64,000 bases of DNA from NCBI GenBank assembly GCA_951406725.2, contig OX597817.1, positions 55,986,001 through 56,050,000 of the forward strand. The letters run 5' to 3'. A program made the translations under genes and the position numbers. The DNA comes from Octopus vulgaris. Its lineage: Eukaryota. A model generated the notes under the pieces. It saw only the letters and a list, made by a program, of their open reading frames with translations. It was not told where the DNA came from and searched no databases. This document shows, in pieces, positions 1 to 19,194 of the stretch; the first letter of the stretch is position 1; every line of letters starts with the position of its first letter.

Positions 1-344
1 TTTTTGTTTTATTCTCATACTTTTTCCACATGTTTTCTATTAGTCCAATGTCCTAGTTTTTAAGTACATCAAACGTATAAGCTGAGACTGAAAGATTGTT
101 TGGAGATACATGGCATGCTGTATAAACTTGCCAATTTAATGTATGAATTTAACAGTATGAAACTATTAGTAGCTCTTCTGTAATTGTGCATATTAAATTA
201 CATTTATCTCTCACTGCGTGGACTGTTTTTTTCTTTATGCTACCTATATTGAAGCTACTCATTCCATCTCGGGAAGAGATTCTATAAATCTTTGTTTTCT
301 CTATCTAAATTAAATGTCTCCTTCAAGTGATGCGAGACATTTTG

Positions 345-6055
<5,711 letters not shown>

Positions 6056-6413
6056 ACAAACAGACGCTGTCTGACCAGCAGGCACGGACACATCTATTCA
6101 CACCCGCATACTAACCTCCTGATAACCCCAAAATCATTCATGCATAAAGGGGAAGTATACACCACATTGGCTACTTCTTCTGTTCTCTCAGTTCAGCCTT
6201 TCTGCTAATACTGACAGGTCAGTAAAAACATACTTAAAATATTCTGAGATGTACAAAAAATCCATTTTAATTTTTGCTGTCAAAACGCTGTATATATATA
6301 CCAAAGATTGTATATATATACATGTAATGTGACAATTTGCGACAACCAATAATTAACGCAACCAATTCCCAATAATATATTTGTTTTATCCTTTTCTGCC
6401 AAATTTTCCCAAA

Positions 6414-6645
6414 TAATGTGACAATTATGTATAAAAAAACATTTTTGAATTCATAATATCCAATGTGACAATTATGTAAAAAACTTTTTTGAATGCATAA
6501 TATTCAATGTGACAATTATGTAAAAAACTTTTTTTGAACCCATAATATCCAATGTGACAATTATGTAAAAAACTTTTTTGAATGCATAATATTCAATGTG
6601 ACAAATATGTAAAAAACTTTTTTTGAACCCATATTATTCAATGTT
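6414..6645 (+). repeat. Minisatellite, ~45-bp unit x5
   Basis: Unit aatgtgacaattatgtaaaaaacttttttgaa(tg/cc)cataatat(t/c)c. Confidence 0.9.
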
Positions 6646-6737
6646 TCCTTAAATGTAACTTTTGACAATCTTTTACCAAAGAGTGAAACCGGTTAAGTAA
6701 ATAAACATCGTTTAAATTGCATTTTCAAACCTTTTTT

Positions 6738-7132
<395 letters not shown>

Positions 7133-7139
7133 CATTTAT

Positions 7140-7215
7140 AGGTAAAAACGGTAAGGTAACAAAAGAAAGAAAGAGACCTCAATATTATGTAAATAGAGGA
7201 AATTTATGTGTAACA
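7140..7215 (-). mobile_element. End of a dispersed Penelope-like repeat (same family as 52260-52415)
   Basis: Reverse complement ataaatttcctctatttacataatattgaggtctc...cttttgtt matches 52359-52408. Confidence 0.6.
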
Positions 7216-7238
7216 TATTAATTTACAGATATAACATT

Positions 7239-7276
<38 letters not shown>

Positions 7277-9394
7277 AGTGTGTGAATCCTATTAATGCGT
7301 GTGCACATGAATGCACGATGTCTTTTTCATACTTGTTTGCTGTTTATGTCCTATGCCTTTGGTCCATACAAAAATATGAACAATACTCATTTATTACTTG
7401 ATATGATATACTTTATTAACTATCACAGGACTAACTCTTGAGGGCCTCTATGAGGTTTTGTTGCTAAAATTTATCCGCAATAAGTTGGTTATACTTCTAC
7501 AAATACACAAAATATTTTAACAATTCTTTTTATGTCATTCCTAATAATATTTAATTATAAAGATATATGATTGTTTTTAAAACATCGAAATGACTTGGAA
7601 AGTCAACTAGAGTAAAACAGCAATCAAATGAATCCATAGGTAGAAAATGGTTCGGAACCACTGGACTGAAAGATGCATGTTCTTCCACATTCGTACCCTC
7701 CACTCCACCAAATGGCGAGCTTGCCTCGCTCTTTCTGGAATGAAGTAATTACTGAGTCTACTATTTTTACCCATTTTAAGTACCCCAGACAGGAAACATA
7801 GATTGATTATTCTACCCAGTACCCTTCTCTATCGCAACATAAACGGTGCCAGTGGCTGTTACTATAACACCGATGGTAAATGACATCGACCTTACAGACT
7901 TGACCAGGAATTTGTGTCTGCAACGCCAAAGTTATTCACCAAACTCTGTATTACATCCGTCTGTGATATGGGAGAGAGACAAAAGTGCAGAGTGATAAGC
8001 GACGAAGAATTCCCCCAGTGATGTATGTGTTGACTTGTTCTGGTGCATTAAAACAAGAAGATACATATTAGGGGACGGGTCACCTGCCTACAACCCATCT
8101 CACAGCAGCACTTTTAGGATTTTTGTTACATTCTAGGTCATATTTTAATGAAGACAGGAAAGGTCAACGCAATGCTGAACTGCCTTAGAGATTTAATTTA
8201 AATATTTAAAGGCATTTTGTCCAGCACTCAACTTTATAACTATCTTCAACTTAATAAAAGAAAAAGTAATACTGGTGCTCACTCACGTCGATTTTAAAGT
8301 ATGAGTGTTTGAAGGGAAGGATTTAAACAAAAAACAAAACAAAAAGGGATTAAAAAACACAAAGCTGTGTCTATTTACGATGGCTGTGTGGATGTAATTT
8401 AAGTGCAGGTATGGTTTTGCTATAAAATCCCAACGGGAGCAATGATGGTTTTGATTCTTCCTGGTATTTGACAAAAGTGTCTGTTGATATTTTATCAATG
8501 CCGAAGACATAAAAAGCAAACCTGATCTGGGCGGGACTTGAACCTAGATAGGAAAAAAAGCCGAAATATAGTTTTTGCGACGCTATAACGATTCTCTCTG
8601 CTCACTTCTGCTCTTCGGAACATCCCAAACATAACTCTGGATTACCCTGAGACACCAGGCGGCCAATACCTTCTCCCAGTTTTTGTCGTCCATCTTCAGC
8701 CACATAATTAATATGGGTGCATTTAACAACGGCAATTTCGCCACCCTTATTCACCTTGGATAAAATTTACTGGAAAGCAGCACTTCTTTCTCTGTGGTCA
8801 CCTTCCCCACAAATGGTACTTGAAGAAGTGAAGTTGATGAAAGCTTGATTTGGAAGTAAAATCTCTGTTGTCAAACCTTTTAACCATGTTACTATCGTAC
8901 AACTTCTCTCCACAAATACGCACTTCAGCAGTTCACGGTCTGTAAACAAAAGCCAAATCTATGCAATGAAATTTTACCCCTATAGCCGTCTGGATCTCTT
9001 CTGGAATGGTACCGAGTGTCTGGATTTTTAACGTGTGAAACATCATGGCGGTGAATAAATCTAAGTTTAGTGTCCTAAAGTCATTCAGCAACTGACCCAT
9101 CGTCCAGCATCTTCACTTGACCACACACATAAACGCAAGCGATTTTCCACATTGCTCTAGCTGAACACATAACTTAGTTCTTTCCGGGATATAATATACC
9201 TTTTGCAGTTACCTGAAATGCTTCTCTGACAATTTGAGCGCGATTTAAAACTGCTCCACCGTTTATGGTCATTTTCCATCATAAATCTTATTAACTTTTG
9301 TTGTATTTAAAATCGTGGAACATTTTCAAACCCTTCATCTTTATGTTTCTTCTATATTTTTGATGTTTGCTATTTTATGGGATCATAGTGATCC

Positions 9395-9500
9395 AATGGT
9401 CTAATGGTTAGCGTGTTGCACTTACGATCGCCGGATCACAGATTCGATTTCTGGATAACGCGGTGTGGTATCCTCTTGAGCAAAGCACTTCATCTAACAT
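9395..9500 (+). mobile_element. Degenerate tRNA-derived SINE (family C)
   Basis: A-box-like tggtctaatggttag, B-box-like attcgattt, then cttgagcaaagcacttcat. Similar to 38648-38900 and 41166-41295. Confidence 0.55.
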
Positions 9501-9805
9501 TTTGTTTTTTCTAATACTGTGTGAAGACCGGTATGTCAAAGAATAGAGTCAGTGTCTCATCCGCCTGTTATAGAAAAAAGGTGACTAAAAGAGATTGAGA
9601 TAGGATTTGCAGTCTGACCTCGTAAAGTCCTTCCTTTCAACGACTACCTAAACGGAGCCATGGTTTTGGGGGTTGTCATCTGAGTGGTGCAAATATGTCA
9701 TCTGCCAGGAGTAAGGAATCACTACAGACGGTAGATGCAGTGACACTCTTTTACAGTGCATTTCCCCATACTATACTGCTACTACTACTACTGCTACTAC
9801 TGCTG

Positions 9806-9853
<48 letters not shown>

Positions 9854-10554
9854 TTTGTACCTGTGATTGAAAGGGAGTTAATGATTGATTATTGTTCTTG
9901 TTGATTTTGACCTTACTCTTCTCGGTTTTCTGCACTGTGTTGCACTTCTTGTTGTTGCACCTCTCGTTTCGTTGTAGTTTCTGTTGTTAGTGTCGTTGCT
10001 ATTGTGCAACATCATCTTTCTCCCGTTTGACATTTGATTTTTCAACTTTGGCGGGTTTTGAAAATCCTTTTACCATTTCGAGCCTTTCAAAGACAGATCT
10101 CCTGCACCCAAATTCCTTACCAGATATTGCGCTAGAAAAATGCAGAGGAAACGGCATGTCATTGGCAGATTTTGATATTTTTTGAGAGACATTTGTAGGA
10201 AATATAAAGGTGATTGTGCTGTAGCAGCCTGCTGTACTTTTGCTGCAAAACTCGTCCCCTGTAGGCATGTGTTAGCATTACTGAAACCACATCTCCATCT
10301 TCAGACGTCACGCTCGTTGACATTTCAAATCAAATGTTTGTTGATGGCTGCACCTCCCCTAATTAGGGGAGGTCTGTGAGAGCTTTTATTCTCACTTTTT
10401 TCTGGAGAATGTCTTAAATAAGTAGATCAATATAAATGCTTACGTTTTATTGGGGGGAAATGTGTGAAATTATGTAATGTCGATGGTCTGAGCAGAGAAG
10501 GAGGAGGAGGAGGATATTTTCAAATTTAGGGAGAAAAGGCAGCTATTATCGGCT

Positions 10555-10720
10555 GAGAGTTAGTCGATTACATCGATCCCAGTAATTCGCTAGTACTTTA
10601 TTTTATCGATCCCAAAAGTATTATAAAGCAAGGCTGACTTCGGAGGGATTTGAACTCAGAGCGCAGAAAGTCGGTACAAAAATGCAAGACATTTCATACC
10701 CACCGGGCGCTCTAACCAGT
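10555..10720 (-). mobile_element. Degenerate family B SINE
   Basis: agtcgattacatcgatcccc...ttttatcgatccc...atttgaactcaga. Confidence 0.7.
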
Positions 10721-11177
10721 CTTTAACAATTAAACACCTCTACTATATGTCTGTGTGTGTGTTTGTTTGTGTGTGTGTTTGTGTGTGTGTGTATGTGTGT
10801 TTGTTGTGTGTGTGTGGAGAGAGATAGAGAGAGACAAACATATATGATTATAAATGTCAGACTTAATTGTACTTACCTGCATCATTATCTCCATAACGGA
10901 TCACTTGGATTACTTTTATAGCCACTCTTAAACCCATGGCCTCGTCCCCGATAAAGCTTTCGAAGTTTAAGCTCAAATTACTGTAGTTTTGCTTTCGATA
11001 TTGAGCATCCCTCGCATCCCTAGCTCTCACCTTCTGGCTGTGATTGCATGTGTGTGTGCGTGTGTGTGTGTGTTGCCACAAGGTCTAGGTCATATTCGCC
11101 AATTCAGGACATATGGCGTAGTGGTTAAAATCGCGGGCTACTAACCCCAAGATTTCGAGTTCGATTGCAAGTAGTGA

Positions 11178-11262
<85 letters not shown>

Positions 11263-11270
11263 TAATAATA

Positions 11271-12106
11271 AACTAGAACAGCAAAGAACCATGATAAAAC
11301 GATGGCAAGAAAAGCCCCTTCATGGTAAATACTGGACTAAATCCCAGCAATGGTTGAGAAGCTCAGGACTCAAAGCAGAGACAGAGGGATTTTTAATCGC
11401 AGCACAAGACCAAAGCCTCCCCACCAGAAATTACCAAAAACATGTAATGAAAATAAATATAACAAGTAACTGCAGAATATGTAGAGATGGACAAGAAACA
11501 ATAAATCATATTATCTCTAGCTGCCCAGTCCTGGCTAAGAAGGAATATATTCACAGACATGACAGAGTTGGGACCTACATACACTGGAAGCTATGCCAAC
11601 ATTATGGAATAACAACAGAAAAAAGATGGTATAGGCACACACCAGAAAAGGTCACAGAAAACGAGAAAGCAACCATAGTCTGGATTATGCTGATACACAC
11701 AGATAGATAAATTCAGTCCAACAGACCAGATATAGTTGTCAGTGATCATGAAGAAAAAAATGCTTTCTAATTGATGTATCAATACCAGCAGATGACAACG
11801 TGTCTTTAAAAGAAATAGAGAAACTTTCAAAATACAAAGATCTGGAAATAGAGGTAACCAGAATGTGGAATCTAAAAACAGAAACAATTCCTATCATAGT
11901 AGGTGCATTAGACAGGATAAAAACAATATTCAGACAAATACATAACAAAAACACCAGGACTTACAAACACATATAACATACAGAAAATTGCACTACTAGG
12001 CACTGCACACATCCTACGCAGAACACTTTCCATACAATAACCATACCCAAGGCACACAGAGCTGCGCTCGGTAGTGAAGTGAAAGCACGCTATAAAAATA
12101 AAACTA

Positions 12107-12109
<3 letters not shown>
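11271..12109 (+). mobile_element. R4/Dong-clade non-LTR retrotransposon, 3' fragment (CCHC finger + restriction-like endonuclease), in (TAA)n
   Basis: Motifs KPLHG, EGFLIAAQDQ, CRIC..ETINHIISSC, RHD, NRPDIVV, LIDVSIP, EKLSKYKDL, IPIIVGAL, QKIALLGTAHILRRTL, with stops and frameshifts. (TAA)n on both sides. Confidence 0.88.
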
Positions 12110-12185
<76 letters not shown>

Positions 12186-12232
12186 TCAAAAAATACCTTA
12201 GGAATGAGAAACCAGTTTCGAAATTTCCCCAA

Positions 12233-12278
12233 GACACCTGATGAAGGCTGGAGGGTATATCAGCCGAAATGTTGTGTT
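12233..12278 (+). ncRNA. Minimal type-I hammerhead-ribozyme-like motif
   Basis: gacac|CTGATGA|a ggctg-gagggtatat-cagcc|GAAAt gtt|gtgtt. Perfect 5-bp stem II, stem I gacac/gtgtt, and GAAAC mutated to GAAAT. Confidence 0.6.
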
Positions 12279-12548
12279 AACAACAAACAACATGAGGACA
12301 AATATCGGAACCGTGAAACGTGAAACACGAAGTATCAAGTAATAAAGTATGTGGCCTTAAACATATAAACATAGATACACACCACATAATACATACATGC
12401 ATAACATGCATACATACATACATACACACGTAAATGCAACATACACATATACGAACATTTATATATATATTTATTCAAAAATTGTAAATTCGGCCATATA
12501 TATTTTGTTCTCGACCTATAGTTGTTATATGTATGTGTGTGAGTGTGC

Positions 12549-12585
<37 letters not shown>

Positions 12586-12759
12586 CACACACACACACAT
12601 ACATTTGTGTGTGTCTGTATATGAGTACATACATACGCATATGTGTGGATGTATTTGTGTATAGCCTGTCAACATTGATGAAACCTTCATTCTTGAGATT
12701 GTCTCCCCTTCCCGTATGGAATGGTTCTTAATTGCCATTGAGTAATCGTAACATATTCT

Positions 12760-12962
12760 TTCGCACAAGGCTTGTAATTTCGGGAGACGGACTTAATCGA
12801 TTAAATCGATCCCAGGACTTAACTAGTATTTATTCCATCGACCTTCAGAGCATGAAAGGCAAAGTCGACCTCGGCGGATTGTGATCTCAGAACGTGAAAA
12901 ACAAAGAAAATGTCACAAACGATTATGACTGACGTGCTAACGATTCTGCCACCTCGCAGCCT
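12760..12962 (-). mobile_element. Family B SINE (tRNA head + Meta-like core), third tail type
   Basis: atgaaaggcaaagtcgacctcggcgga...ctaacgattctgcc; tail gcacaaggc. Confidence 0.8.
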
Positions 12963-13117
12963 GAACGTAACCTCCAAATTCGTAGGAACATTAATAAAAC
13001 AAGAATTTGTATTTGATAAACTTGTAGTCGTCGCTGTACTTATTTCACTTAGCTTAGTTTTGTTTAAATTATGCTGTGAACATTAGCGTAATATTTGGCG
13101 ACGTAAGACATTCATAA

Positions 13118-13119
<2 letters not shown>

Positions 13120-13210
<91 letters not shown>

Positions 13211-13220
13211 TTGATAGATA
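13120..13220. repeat. (GATA)n microsatellite
   Basis: Direct reading. Confidence 0.95.
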
Positions 13221-13252
13221 GGGATATAATTACTGCCAATATATATATATAT

Positions 13253-13418
13253 ATATTGTTATATTTCGGAATGGTCATTTTGCCAGTTTAGCCAATAAAA
13301 ACACACGCACTATATGTTTGGTGTCATTTTGCTTCATTGTTATTTATTTTTTACATTAATCTTAATCTTATTTTATTGGCTAAACTGGCAAAATGACCAT
13401 TCCGAAATATAACAATAT
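13253..13418. repeat. Fold-back element: 48-bp perfect inverted repeat with 70-bp spacer
   Basis: atattgttatatttcggaatggtcattttgccagtttagccaataaaa (13253-13300) and its exact reverse complement (13371-13418). Confidence 0.9.
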
Positions 13419-13659
13419 CTGTTTCAACACACGACTTCACATAAAAAATCTTGCACAACAAATATTTAACAAATATATATATATATATATATATATACAT
13501 ACACACGCACACATATACTAAAGAGAAAGAAAATGGAATCCACGAGTAAATCCACTGTCTTCTGCTGTCGTTGACATCAGGTAGCCGAATACAGCGAACG
13601 GGCTTTAAACAGCATATTACAAGATGTATACCTGAATATTGAATCGTTAATTTCATTTT

Positions 13660-13699
<40 letters not shown>

Positions 13700-14077
13700 T
13701 ATATATATATATTATGTATATGAGTGTGTGTATGTGTGTGTGTGTGTGTGTGTATGATTCATGCTTCAATATATGTATATATTGTATAATGTATACATAC
13801 AGGCATGTGTATAATTAATGCTTGTATCGCAAACGTCATTCTAATGTCCTCATATTCATTCTCTTTTAACAGTGTACCTTAAATTTCACTAATAATTGTA
13901 ATAGATTGAAAGAAAAAAAAATCTCTTTACTCTCTATGTTAAGTTTTTGTGTAAAACTCTCCTGAATGCACAAGACGATATCTTAAGAGGTTTCGAAAAC
14001 GCCTCAAGTGTTTTTTTCTTATTCTTCGATAGCAAATAATGTTGTATATAACAGAATGCTTTCTGCGTGTGTTTGTG

Positions 14078-14108
<31 letters not shown>

Positions 14109-14307
14109 ACGTGTGTGTGTGTGTACGTGTGCTTATATGTAGACACGTACATTGGTATATATGTGGGAAAGCATAAGTGGAGGAAGATGGTAGATTTACA
14201 GGTAGGTAGATTGATAAAATAGTTAAACAGAGAAACGGACCGTTAAATAGGTAGATAGGTGAATAGATGCGTAAGGAAAACAGACAGACAAACAGACAGA
14301 CAGACGA

Positions 14308-14428
<121 letters not shown>

Positions 14429-14433
14429 CAGAC

Positions 14434-14494
<61 letters not shown>

Positions 14495-14495
<1 letters not shown>

Positions 14496-15678
14496 GATTC
14501 TTTATTGGCCACACAGGGCTGCACACAGATGGGACAAGTTACAAGGTAGAGCTCTTCTTTTGGAGGAGAAAAAAAAAGGTGGCGTAGGTTTTCGATCAAA
14601 AGGGATCGTAAAAGGGAAAAAAGAACAAAAAAAAAGAAAAAAAGGAAAAAGTGGAAAAAAAAGAGAAAAGGGTAAAAAAGAAAAGAAAAATGAAAAAAGA
14701 GGAAAAAAGGGGGAGAGGAAAAAAAACGATCAATAGGGATCGTGTATCACAGTGTCATGATGTATGGTGTAAAGGAGAAAGCAAGTAAGGTTTATCCGTG
14801 GGAAGAAAAGCCTACGAAAAAGACCACGGTAACCTTGGTCAATGTTGTTATATGTTACCACATTTGTTTGCAAGTGGGTAACCCTCTGTTTTCAATTTCT
14901 GGGTTCATAGGATTATGCTCAAGGTGGCTTCGTCATTCATACGTGCCATCCTTGCTACATTCACCCATCTTTTTTTAAAACGTTCGCTAGACAAAACTTG
15001 CCTCTCTACTCTCACTTTCCTTTTCAAGTGGTACTTGAAGAAGTTGATGAGAGGTTGACCAGAGAGGAAAGTGTTTGTCTCCAATCCTTTCAGACGCGTC
15101 CACCAGATACATTCTTTCGCCATAGCCACAAGGATTATGAAAATAGCTCTTCCTTCCCATTTGAAGGAAGGAGGCGTGACAATATTGACGATAGACTCAG
15201 CTGATAAATCGACTCGTCCCACATGTGACAGCAGTTGTTCGACATAAGCCCACAGGTCGGAAATTTTTGGACACAGCACGAGTGCGTGCAGAACGGTTTC
15301 GTCGCTCTGACCGCATCTCGGGCAGGTCGGCCCCGTGTTTCTCGAGCCGTGTCTGTAGAGCTTATCCCGAACGGGTAGCGCTTCTCGGTAGCACTGCCAG
15401 GCCAGGGATCTCTGGAAGTTGTCCATGGGCCCTGGCCCGAAAGTCGTCCCGAACAGGCGGGTCAGGTATTCCTCGTCGACGTCCAGGTTCGCCCCGAGCT
15501 CGTCGTCGTACCTCCCTTCCACTAATCCCCTATAGAATGCTTTGGTTGTGATGGAATCACTCAAGGTCGACCCAGGACGCCCTTCCTCGGCCTCTTTTTG
15601 ATCCACGATTGCAGTTCGGTCATGGAGATGAGCTGCGGGAAAGCGTGCCTCACAAACAGCGACTACACCTGTTCACCG
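14495..15678 (-). mobile_element. Tx1/L1-clade LINE 3' fragment inserted in a (GATA)n array
   Basis: ORF2 C-terminal zinc-finger region, pyrimidine-rich 3' UTR, aataaagaatc end. (GATA)n at 14308-14494 and 15679-15855. Confidence 0.85.
14905..15606 (-). pseudogene. Tx1/L1 ORF2 C-terminal fragment (zf-RVT-type region, CCHC)
   Basis: FQRSLAWQCYREALPVRDKL...CPRCGQSDETVLHALVLC...LW...CIWWTR. Confidence 0.82.
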
Positions 15679-15720
15679 AGATAGATAGACGGACAAATAG
15701 ATAGATAGACAGACAGACAA

Positions 15721-15842
<122 letters not shown>

Positions 15843-17230
15843 TAGATAGATAGATGAGTTGTTGGGTGAATGTCGACTGCAACGAGAAAGGAAATTTTGC
15901 GAGATCCAGAAAAAGTAGACGTTGAATTGTTACCATAATTACTCAAACTCACACACACACACACACACACATACACACACACACACACACACACTTATTT
16001 ATATATACATACAATATCTATATACTCATACAAGCGAAATTGCACATATTCCACTAATACACATGACATATTGACATATACACACACACGTGTGTGTGTG
16101 TGAAATTAGCGAGACATGGAACTTAACGAAAAAGAGAGGGATAGAGAGAGAGGGGGGGATAGAGAGAGAGAAAGAGAAGGACAGACAGACAGACAGACAG
16201 AGGTAGAAGTAGAGAGCCAGAGAGGAAGAGATGTAGTGGCATCGATACAGAGAGAGAAACACACGCGTACATACAAGCAAGCATACATATACATATACAC
16301 ACGCACATATATAGACATTATACACTCGTATATACACACGCACATGCAACACAAAGCATATCCACATACGCATTTTATGTATACACGCACGCACACACAC
16401 ACACACATGCACACACACACACACAAACACACACACATACACTCATGCACACGCGCGCACGGATTCAGACAGACCGAAAGATAGCAAAGTAGGAAAGAGT
16501 TAGAAAAGGGAATGGTAGAATTGCAGAATAGCAGAATAGCAGTGTAGCAGAATTGGATGCAGAAGCTGGAGGATGTGATCGGTAGAGGTTGCAAAAACAG
16601 GTACAGCGGCAGCAGCAGTAGCAGTGCCAGATGAAATGAGAAAATAAAAATCAAAGACATTAAAAACAATAACAAAAAAAATTTTTAAAGTCGAATATAA
16701 AAGAGAAGTTGTAGGAGGAGGAGGAGGAGGAGAGAATTGTGGTGGAGGTGGAAATGGGAGAGCTGGATATAGAGATGAAGACAGAGAAGACGAAATGGAG
16801 ATGGAGGAGTGTGTAGAGAGTGGAGGAGTAGGGGTGGGGGAAACGGGGTGTTATGCGAATGCCCTGGCGGCAGTGAGAGTCAGCTGACTTCAATGTTGTA
16901 TGATTCACTGGTGAAACACATCCTGAAGAGTTTCCAAATTTCCGAAAGGACCCAGTGGAATTTGACAGTCTTCTATGCATCGGTTCTGGTTTTCCAAAAC
17001 GCAGTTGTCACAACAGGGCATCGTATACACACACAGACACACACACACATTGACACGCGTACATTCATGCAAAAATATACAGAAAGGCACACGCACACGC
17101 ACACACACACATAGATACACACAGACAGAGACGCATACATACACATACATATACACGCACTCACTACAGTGCAGGCTTTAGCACGAAATAATTCAAGCAT
17201 CGTTTCTGCAATATGTGTATGTATGTATAA

Positions 17231-17365
<135 letters not shown>

Positions 17366-17584
17366 GAATGTATGTATATATATATGTGTGTGTGTGTATA
17401 CATATATATATAGTTATAGGAATATACATAGTCATGAATATACATACATATAATATATACGCATCTATACATATAGGTAATCTTTACATTCAAAGTAATG
17501 TCTATATGTATATAAACATGCATATGTGTTTGTATATAGATATATATACATACATTACATATATATGTATTTATACCTACGCAC

Positions 17585-17642
<58 letters not shown>

Positions 17643-17918
17643 ATATATATATATGTATATTTATATGTGTATATATATGTGCATATATATATGTATATAT
17701 ATATGTGTGTGTATATATATATATATATATAGGTTTATCTGGACACATATATACATAAACAGGCATACGTACGTATATAATGGAAACTTGCATACATATA
17801 TGCATATATGCATATATATATATATATATATATACATATAGATATGTGTGTATATATACATGTGCGTGCATATATATATGGATGTATATATATGTGTGTG
17901 TGTGTCTTTGTATATATG

Positions 17919-17953
<35 letters not shown>

Positions 17954-18583
17954 TTCTGTATATATATGTATATATGTGCGTGTGTGTGTATATATATATG
18001 TCTGCATACATATGCATATGTTTGTATGTGTGTCCATGAGTTTGCATGTCTATTGAAGCTTTATACATTCCAATGCAATGGATTCATTTTGTTTACTTAA
18101 TCCTATATATCGATGTATGTATATACACATACATTTACACACGCACACCCACACGCACACCTATGCATATACATACATAAATACACACACACACACACAC
18201 ACACACACGCTCATACAAGCACATATGTATACGCTCATACATACGTGGCCTTTGCACAAACCGTGATGCACATTCAAGCATACGTATACGCGCACACACA
18301 CATAGATACATATATAAGGAGTGAGAGAGAAAGGGAGGGTGAGACAGACACGTAACCTTAATTATTATCAATAGCCATTATAGGCACTGTCTTCACATAT
18401 TTCTAGTCAATAAGCTTCCTATATAACATCACACTTCAACCTCTCCTTTTTAGCTACTGCTTCTTTTTTCTCTCCTTCCTTTCTCCTCTATTTTTTATCA
18501 TGTTTTTTTTCTCTCCACACAATTTCCTTTGTTCTTCTTTTTTTCTCTCTTCTCCCCTTCTTCTTACTCTCTCTATTCTCTCT

Positions 18584-18624
<41 letters not shown>

Positions 18625-19151
18625 CTTTCTCTCTCCCTCTTTATCTCTAGCTAATTCCATTGTTCCAATTTTTATTTGCCTTCTGTTACGCTACTTTCAC
18701 TTTCACTTTCAAAATCGATTTTTGTTCACAGCCCCCTCTCACACTCCCGCTTGCTCTGGTTCTCTTTCTCTCACTCTTTCTCTCTCGCCTCACACTTATT
18801 CTTACCCTTTCTATCTTTACCTCTCTTTACAATAACACTTCTATCTCTTTATTTTTACTTCCCCACGCTCTTTCTACCTCTCATTCAATCTCTTTTATAT
18901 TCTTACTGATTCCCCAAATTTCGTTATTTTCGTTATTTCCCGGTGGCTTTCGTATCCATTCGTTCATTTCAGGTCTCCATCCCTCCCTCTCTCTCACTCT
19001 CTCTCTATTTCTCTTTCTGTCTCTTCACATATTGAACATTCTCTCACTACGTGTCTCTCGTTCTATTTTTATATCTCTCTCATTCTCTCTCGTCCTATTT
19101 CTTGCTTTGCCCTTCATTTCACCTCCTTTCTCTTTCCATCCCTCCTTCTTT

Positions 19152-19194
<43 letters not shown>

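Larger units (their letters stand above)
11107..12310 (+). mobile_element. tRNA-headed short element with internal (TAA)n and a 3' hammerhead-like motif, interrupted by a Dong-type insertion
   Basis: A-box tggcgtagtgg (11114) and B-box gttcgattgc (11159), then (TAA)n. Sequence resumes after the second (TAA)n at ~12185 and includes ctgatga-ggctg..cagcc-gaaa. Confidence 0.6.

Noticed and set aside
6414-6645. CRISPR-like array
   Set aside because: Head-to-tail tandem units without unique spacers, no cas genes, eukaryotic context.
11107-11178. Functional tRNA gene
   Set aside because: A/B boxes are present but there is no convincing acceptor stem or T-run terminator; it runs into (TAA)n like a SINE head.
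16840-17020. Possible host exon in unique sequence (also 19430-19510)
   Set aside because: No recognisable protein motif or convincing pair of splice sites; cannot be supported without RNA data.
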